Positions 57,843 to 64,000 of a DNA stretch of 64,000 bases are shown piece by piece. This DNA comes from Macrostomum lignano. Taxonomy: Eukaryota. Below the pieces are notes generated by a model. It was not told the DNA's origin, made no database searches, and worked only from the letters and a program-made list of their open reading frames with translations. Within the stretch, counting starts at the first letter, position 1. The number at the start of each line of letters is the position of its first letter. Both the position numbers and the translations under genes were made by a program. The stretch spans positions 101,848 to 165,847 of the forward strand of contig NIVC01001973.1 of assembly GCA_002269645.1 (NCBI GenBank), in the 5' to 3' direction.

Positions 57843-60800
57843 TTTGCACCTGCGTATATCAGCCCCATTGAGTGTCATTTCTAAGCTCTCCATTTAATTC
57901 TATATATTGACAGCGACAGGGCTAGTTAGAGATGCTGAGAGTAGCGGGCTCTGCGTCATCTTTGCACCTGTGTATATCAGCCCCATTGAGTGTCATTTCT
58001 AAGCTCTCCATTTAATTCTATATATTGACAGCGACAGGGCTAGTTAGAGATGCTGAGTGTAGCGAGCTCTGCGTCATCTTTGCACCTGTGTATATCAGCC
58101 CCATTGAGTGTCATTTCTAAGCTCTCCATTTAATTCTATATATTGACAGCGACAGGGCTAGTTAGAGATGCTGAGAGTAGCGGGCTCTGCGTCATCTTTG
58201 CACCTGTGTATATCAGCCCCATTGAGTGTCATTTCTAAGCTCTCCATTTAATTCTATATATTGACAGCGACAGGGCTAGTTAGAGATGCTGAGTGTAGCG
58301 AGCTCTGCGTCATCTTTGCACCTGTGTATATCAGCCCCATTGAGTGTCATTTCTAAGCTCTCCATTTAATTCTATATATTGACAGCGACAGGGCTAGTTA
58401 GAGATGCTGAGAGTAGCGGGCTCTGCGTCATCTTTGCACCTGTGTATATCAGCCCCATTGAGTGTCATTTCTAAGCTCTCCATTTAATTCTATATATTGA
58501 CAGCGACAGGGCTAGTTAGAGATGCTGAGAGTAGCGGGCTCTGCGTCATCTTTGCACCTGTGTATATCAGCCCCATTGAGTGTCATTTCTAAGCTCTCCA
58601 TTTAATTCTATATATTGACAGCGACAGGGCTAGTTAGAGATGCTGAGAGTAGCGGGCTCTGCGTCATCTTTGCACCTGTGTATATCAGCCCCATTGAGTG
58701 TCATTTCTAAGCTCTCCATTTAATTCTATATATTGACAGCGACAGGGCTAGTTAGAGATGCTGAGAGTAGCGGGCTCTGCGTCATCTTTGCACCTGTGTA
58801 TATCAGCCCCATTGAGTGTCATTTCTAAGCTCTCCATTTAATTCTATATATTGACAGCGACAGGGCTAGTTAGAGATGCTGAGAGTAGCGGGCTCTGCGT
58901 CATCTTTGCACCTGTGTATATCAGCCCCATTGAGTGTCATTTCTAAGCTCTCCATTTAATTCTATATATTGACAGCGACAGGGCTAGTTAGAGATGCTGA
59001 GAGTAGCGGGCTCTGCGTCATCTTTGCACCTGTGTATATCAGCCCCATTGAGTGTCATTTCTAAGCTCTCCATTTAATTCTATATATTGACAGCGACAGG
59101 GCTAGTTAGAGATGCTGAGAGTAGCGGGCTCTGCGTCATCTTTGCACCTGTGTATATCAGCCCCATTGAGTGTCATTTCTAAGCTCTCCATTTAATTCTA
59201 TATATTGACAGCGACAGGGCTAGTTAGAGATGCTGAGAGTAGCGGGCTCTGCGTCATCTTTGCACCTGTGTATATCAGCCCCATTGAGTGTCATTTCTAA
59301 GCTCTCCATTTAATTCTATATATTGACAGCGACAGGGCTAGTTAGAGATGCTGAGAGTAGCGGGCTCTGCGTCATCTTTGCACCTGTGTATATCAGCCCC
59401 ATTGAGTGTCATTTCTAAGCTCTCCATTTAATTCTATATATTGACAGCGACAGGGCTAGTTAGAGATGCTGAGAGTAGCGGGCTCTGCGTCATCTTTGCA
59501 CCTGTGTATATCAGCCCCATTGAGTGTCATTTCTAAGCTCTCCATTTAATTCTATATATTGACAGCGACAGGGCTAGTTAGAGATGCTGAGAGTAGCGGG
59601 CTCTGCGTCATCTTTGCACCTGTGTATATCAGCCCCATTGAGTGTCATTTCTAAGCTCTCCATTTAATTCTATATATTGACAGCGACAGGGCTAGTTAGA
59701 GATGCTGAGAGTGTAGCGGCTCTGCGTCATCTTTGCACCTGTGTATATCAGCCCCATTGAGTGTCATTTCTAAGCTCTCCATTTAATTCTATATATTGAC
59801 AGCGACAGGGCTAGTTAGAGATGCTGAGAGTAGCGGGCTCTGCGTCATCTTTGCACCTGTGTATATCAGCCCCATTGAGTGTCATTTCTAAGCTCTCCAT
59901 TTAATTCTATATATTGACAGCGACAGGGCTAGTTAGAGATGCTGAGAGTAGCGGGCTCTGCGTCATCTTTGCACCTGTGTATATCAGCCCCATTGAGTGT
60001 CATTTCTAAGCTCTCCATTTAATTCTATATATTGACAGCGACAGGGCTAGTTAGAGATGCTGAGAGTAGCGGGCTCTGCGTCATCTTTGCACCTGTGTAT
60101 ATCAGCCCCATTGAGTGTCATTTCTAAGCTCTCCATTTAATTCTATATATTGACAGCGACAGGGCTAGTTAGAGATGCTGAGAGTAGCGGGCTCTGCGTC
60201 ATCTTTGCACCTGTGTATATCAGCCCCATTGAGTGTCATTTCTAAGCTCTCCATTTAATTCTATATATTGACAGCGACAGGGCTAGTAGAGATGCTGAGA
60301 GTAGCGGGCTCTGCGTCATCTTTGCACCTGTGTATATCAGCCCCATTGAGTGTCATTTCTAAGCTCTCCATTTAATTCTATATATTGACAGCGACAGGGC
60401 TAGTTAGAGATGCTGAGAGTAGCGGGCTCTGCGTCATCTTTGCACCTGTGTATATCAGCCCCATTGAGTGTCATTTCTAAGCTCTCCATTTAATTCTATA
60501 TATTGACAGCGACAGGGCTAGTTAGAGATGCTGAGAGTAGCGGGCTCTGCGTCATCTTTGCACCTGTGTATATCAGCCCCATTGAGTGTCATTTCTAAGC
60601 TCTCCATTTAATTCTATATATTGACAGCGACAGGCTAGTTAGAGATGCTGAGAGTAGCGGGCTCTGCGTCATCTTTGCACCTGTGTATATCAGCCCCATT
60701 GAGTGTCATTTCTAAGCTCTCCATTTAATTCTATATATTGACAGCGACAGGGCTAGTTAGAGATGCTGAGAGTAGCGGGCTCTGCGTCATCTTTGCACCT

Positions 60801-63800
60801 GTGTATATCAGCCCCATTGAGTGTCATTTCTAAGCTCTCCATTTAATTCTATATATTGACAGCGACAGGGCTAGTTAGAGATGCTGAGAGTAGCGGGCTC
60901 TGCGTCATCTTTGCACCTGTGTATATCAGCCCCATTGAGTGTCATTTCTAAGCTCTCCATTTAATTCTATATATTGACAGCGACAGGGCTAGTTAGAGAT
61001 GCTGAGAGTAGCGGGCTCTGCGTCATCTTTGCACCTGTGTATATCAGCCCCATTGAGTGTCATTTCTAAGCTCTCCATTTAATTCTATATATTGACAGCG
61101 ACAGGGCTAGTTAGAGATGCTGAGAGTAGCGGGCTCTGCGTCATCTTTGCACCTGTGCATATCAGCCCCATTGAGTGTCATTTCTAAGCTCTCCATTTAA
61201 TTCTATATATTGACAGCGACAGGGCTAGTTAGAGATGCTGAGAGTAGCGGGCTCTGCGTCATCTTTGCACCTGTGTATATCAGCCCCATTGAGTGTCATT
61301 TCTAAGCTCTCCATTTAATTCTATATATTGACAGCGACAGGGCTAGTTAGAGATGCTGAGAGTAGCGGGCTCTGCGTCATCTTTGCACCTGTGTATATCA
61401 GCCCCATTGAGTGTCATTTCTAAGCTCTCCATTTAATTCTATATATTGACAGCGACAGGGCTAGTTAGAGATGCTGAGAGTAGCGGGCTCTGCGTCATCT
61501 TTGCACCTGTGTATATCAGCCCCATTGAGTGTCATTTCTAAGCTCTCCATTTAATTCTATATATTGACAGCGACAGGGCTAGTTAGAGATGCTGAGAGTA
61601 GCGGGCTCTGCGTCATCTTTGCACCTGTGTATATCAGCCCCATTGAGTGTCATTTCTAAGCTCTCCATTTAATTCTATATATTGACAGCGACAGGGCTAG
61701 TTAGAGATGCTGAGAGTAGCGGGCTCTGCGTCATCTTTGCACCTGTGTATATCAGCCCCATTGAGTGTCATTTCTAAGCTCTCCATTTAATTCTATATAT
61801 TGACAGCGACAGGGCTAGTTAGAGATGCTGAGAGTAGCGGGCTCTGCGTCATCTTTGCACCTGTGTATATCAGCCCCATTGAGTGTCATTTCTAAGCTCT
61901 CCATTTAATTCTATATATTGACAGCGACAGGGCTAGTTAGAGATGCTGAGAGTAGCGGGCTCTGCGTCATCTTTGCACCTGTGTATATCAGCCCCATTGA
62001 GTGTCATTTCTAAGCTCTCCATTTAATTCTATATATTGACAGCGACAGGGCTAGTTAGAGATGCTGAGAGTAGCGGGCTCTGCGTCATCTTTGCACCTGT
62101 GTATATCAGCCCCATTGAGTGTCATTTCTAAGCTCTCCATTTAATTCTATATATTGACAGCGACAGGGCTAGTTAGAGATGCTGAGAGTAGCGGGCTCTG
62201 CGTCATCTTTGCACCTGTGTATATCAGCCCCATTGAGTGTCATTTCTAAGCTCTCCATTTAATTCTATATATTGACAGCGACAGGGCTAGTTAGAGATGC
62301 TGAGAGTAGCGGGCTCTGCGTCATCTTTGCACCTGTGTATATCAGCCCCATTGAGTGTCATTTCTAAGCTCTCCATTTAATTCTATATATTGACAGCGAC
62401 AGGGCTAGTTAGAGATGCTGAGAGTAGCGGGCTCTGCGTCATCTTTGCACCTGTGTATATCAGCCCCATTGAGTGTCATTTCTAAGCTCTCCATTTAATT
62501 CTATATATTGACAGCGACAGGGCTAGTTAGAGATGCTGAGAGTAGCGGGCTCTGCGTCATCTTTGCACCTGTGTATATCAGCCCCATTGAGTGTCATTTC
62601 TAAGCTCTCCATTTAATTCTATATATTGACAGCGACAGGGCTAGTTAGAGATGCTGAGAGTAGCGGGCTCTGCGTCATCTTTGCACCTGTGTATATCAGC
62701 CCCATTGAGTGTCATTTCTAAGCTCTCCATTTAATTCTATATATTGACAGCGACAGGGCTAGTTAGAGATGCTGAGAGTAGCGGGCTCTGCGTCATCTTT
62801 GCACCTGTGTATATCAGCCCCATTGAGTGTCATTTCTAAGCTCTCCATTTAATTCTATATATTGACAGCGACAGGGCTAGTTAGAGATGCTGAGAGTAGC
62901 GGGCTCTGCGTCATCTTTGCACCTGTGTATATCAGCCCCATTGAGTGTCATTTCTAAGCTCTCCATTTAATTCTATATATTGACAGCGACAGGGCTAGTT
63001 AGAGATGCTGAGAGTAGCGGGCTCTGCGTCATCTTTGCACCTGTGTATATCAGCCCCATTGAGTGTCATTTCTAAGCTCTCCATTTAATTCTATATATTG
63101 ACAGCGACAGGGCTAGTTAGAGATGCTGAGAGTAGCGGGCTCTGCGTCATCTTTGCACCTGTGTATATCAGCCCCATTGAGTGTCATTTCTAAGCTCTCC
63201 ATTTAATTCTATATATTGACAGCGACAGGGCTAGTTAGAGATGCTGAGAGTAGCGGGCTCTGCGTCATCTTTGCACCTGTGTATATCAGCCCCATTGAGT
63301 GTCATTTCTAAGCTCTCCATTTAATTCTATATATTGACAGCGACAGGGCTAGTTAGAGATGCTGAGAGTAGCGGGCTCTGCGTCATCTTTGCACCTGTGT
63401 ATATCAGCCCCATTGAGTGTCATTTCTAAGCTCTCCATTTAATTCTATATATTGACAGCGACAGGGCTAGTTAGAGATGCTGAGAGTAGCGGGCTCTGCG
63501 TCATCTTTGCACCTGTGTATATCAGCCCCATTGAGTGTCATTTCTAAGCTCTCCATTTAATTCTATATATTGACAGCGACAGGGCTAGTTAGAGATGCTG
63601 AGAGTAGCGGGCTCTGCGTCATCTTTGCACCTGTGTATATCAGCCCCATTGAGTGTCATTTCTAAGCTCTCCATTTAATTCTATATATTGACAGCGACAG
63701 GGCTAGTTAGAGATGCTGAGAGTAGCGGGCTCTGCGTCATCTTTGCACCTGTGTATATCAGCCCCATTGAGTGTCATTTCTAAGCTCTCCATTTAATTCT

Positions 63801-64000
63801 ATATATTGACAGCGACAGGGCTAGTTAGAGATGCTGAGAGTAGCGGGCTCTGCGTCATCTTTGCACCTGTGTATATCAGCCCCATTGAGTGTCATTTCTA
63901 AGCTCTCCATTTAATTCTATATATTGACAGCGACAGGGCTAGTTAGAGATGCTGAGAGTAGCGGGCTCTGCGTCATCTTGCACCTGTGTATATCAGCCCC
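57843..64000. repeat. 118-bp tandem satellite, about 52 near-identical copies, runs off window end
   Basis: Period 118 (tttgcacc at 57961 and 58079); variant units near 58055 and 58290; rare single-base indels. Confidence 0.97.

Noticed and set aside
59700-63985. Single-base indels in the satellite (near 59715, 60287, 60634, 63979) as meaningful variants
   Set aside because: Isolated one-base losses are typical of long-read consensus error.
57843-64000. 118-bp unit as hammerhead retrozyme, SL RNA, 5S rRNA or tRNA array
   Set aside because: No CUGANGA core on either strand (closest ctgagag and ctgatat), no Sm site, and no recognisable 5S or tRNA boxes.

Overview
Eukaryotic (animal) genomic DNA. 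GC-rich exons with GT-AG introns sit in AT-rich DNA crowded with about 35 different tandem arrays and many small TIR elements. The style resembles the flatworm Macrostomum lignano; that is inference only, and no taxon-diagnostic gene is present. Four genes could be assembled by hand. (1) A candidate neuropeptide prohormone (+, 6033-6341). (2) A two-exon BCLAF1/THRAP3-like RS/RGG protein (-, 14703-13368, about 319 aa). (3) A 23-exon divergent, compact VPS13-family lipid-transfer protein (+, 32074-53432; spliced CDS 7380 nt, 2459 aa), in which 13 of the 18 introns over 200 bp carry a clear tandem array of their own. (4) The first two exons of an F-box protein (+, 55591-56654), followed by a 26-bp array and a near-homogeneous 118-bp satellite (about 52 copies) running off the window. 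Non-autonomous DNA transposons with hAT, MULE-like, PIF/Harbinger, Tc1/mariner and TTAA signatures were delimited by TIRs and target-site duplications; several are nested and some carry expanded minisatellites. Most ORFs in the supplied track are translations of repeats. No rRNA, tRNA or CRISPR array was seen. Array boundaries and copy numbers are approximate hand counts; motif comparisons are recalled from memory, not searched.
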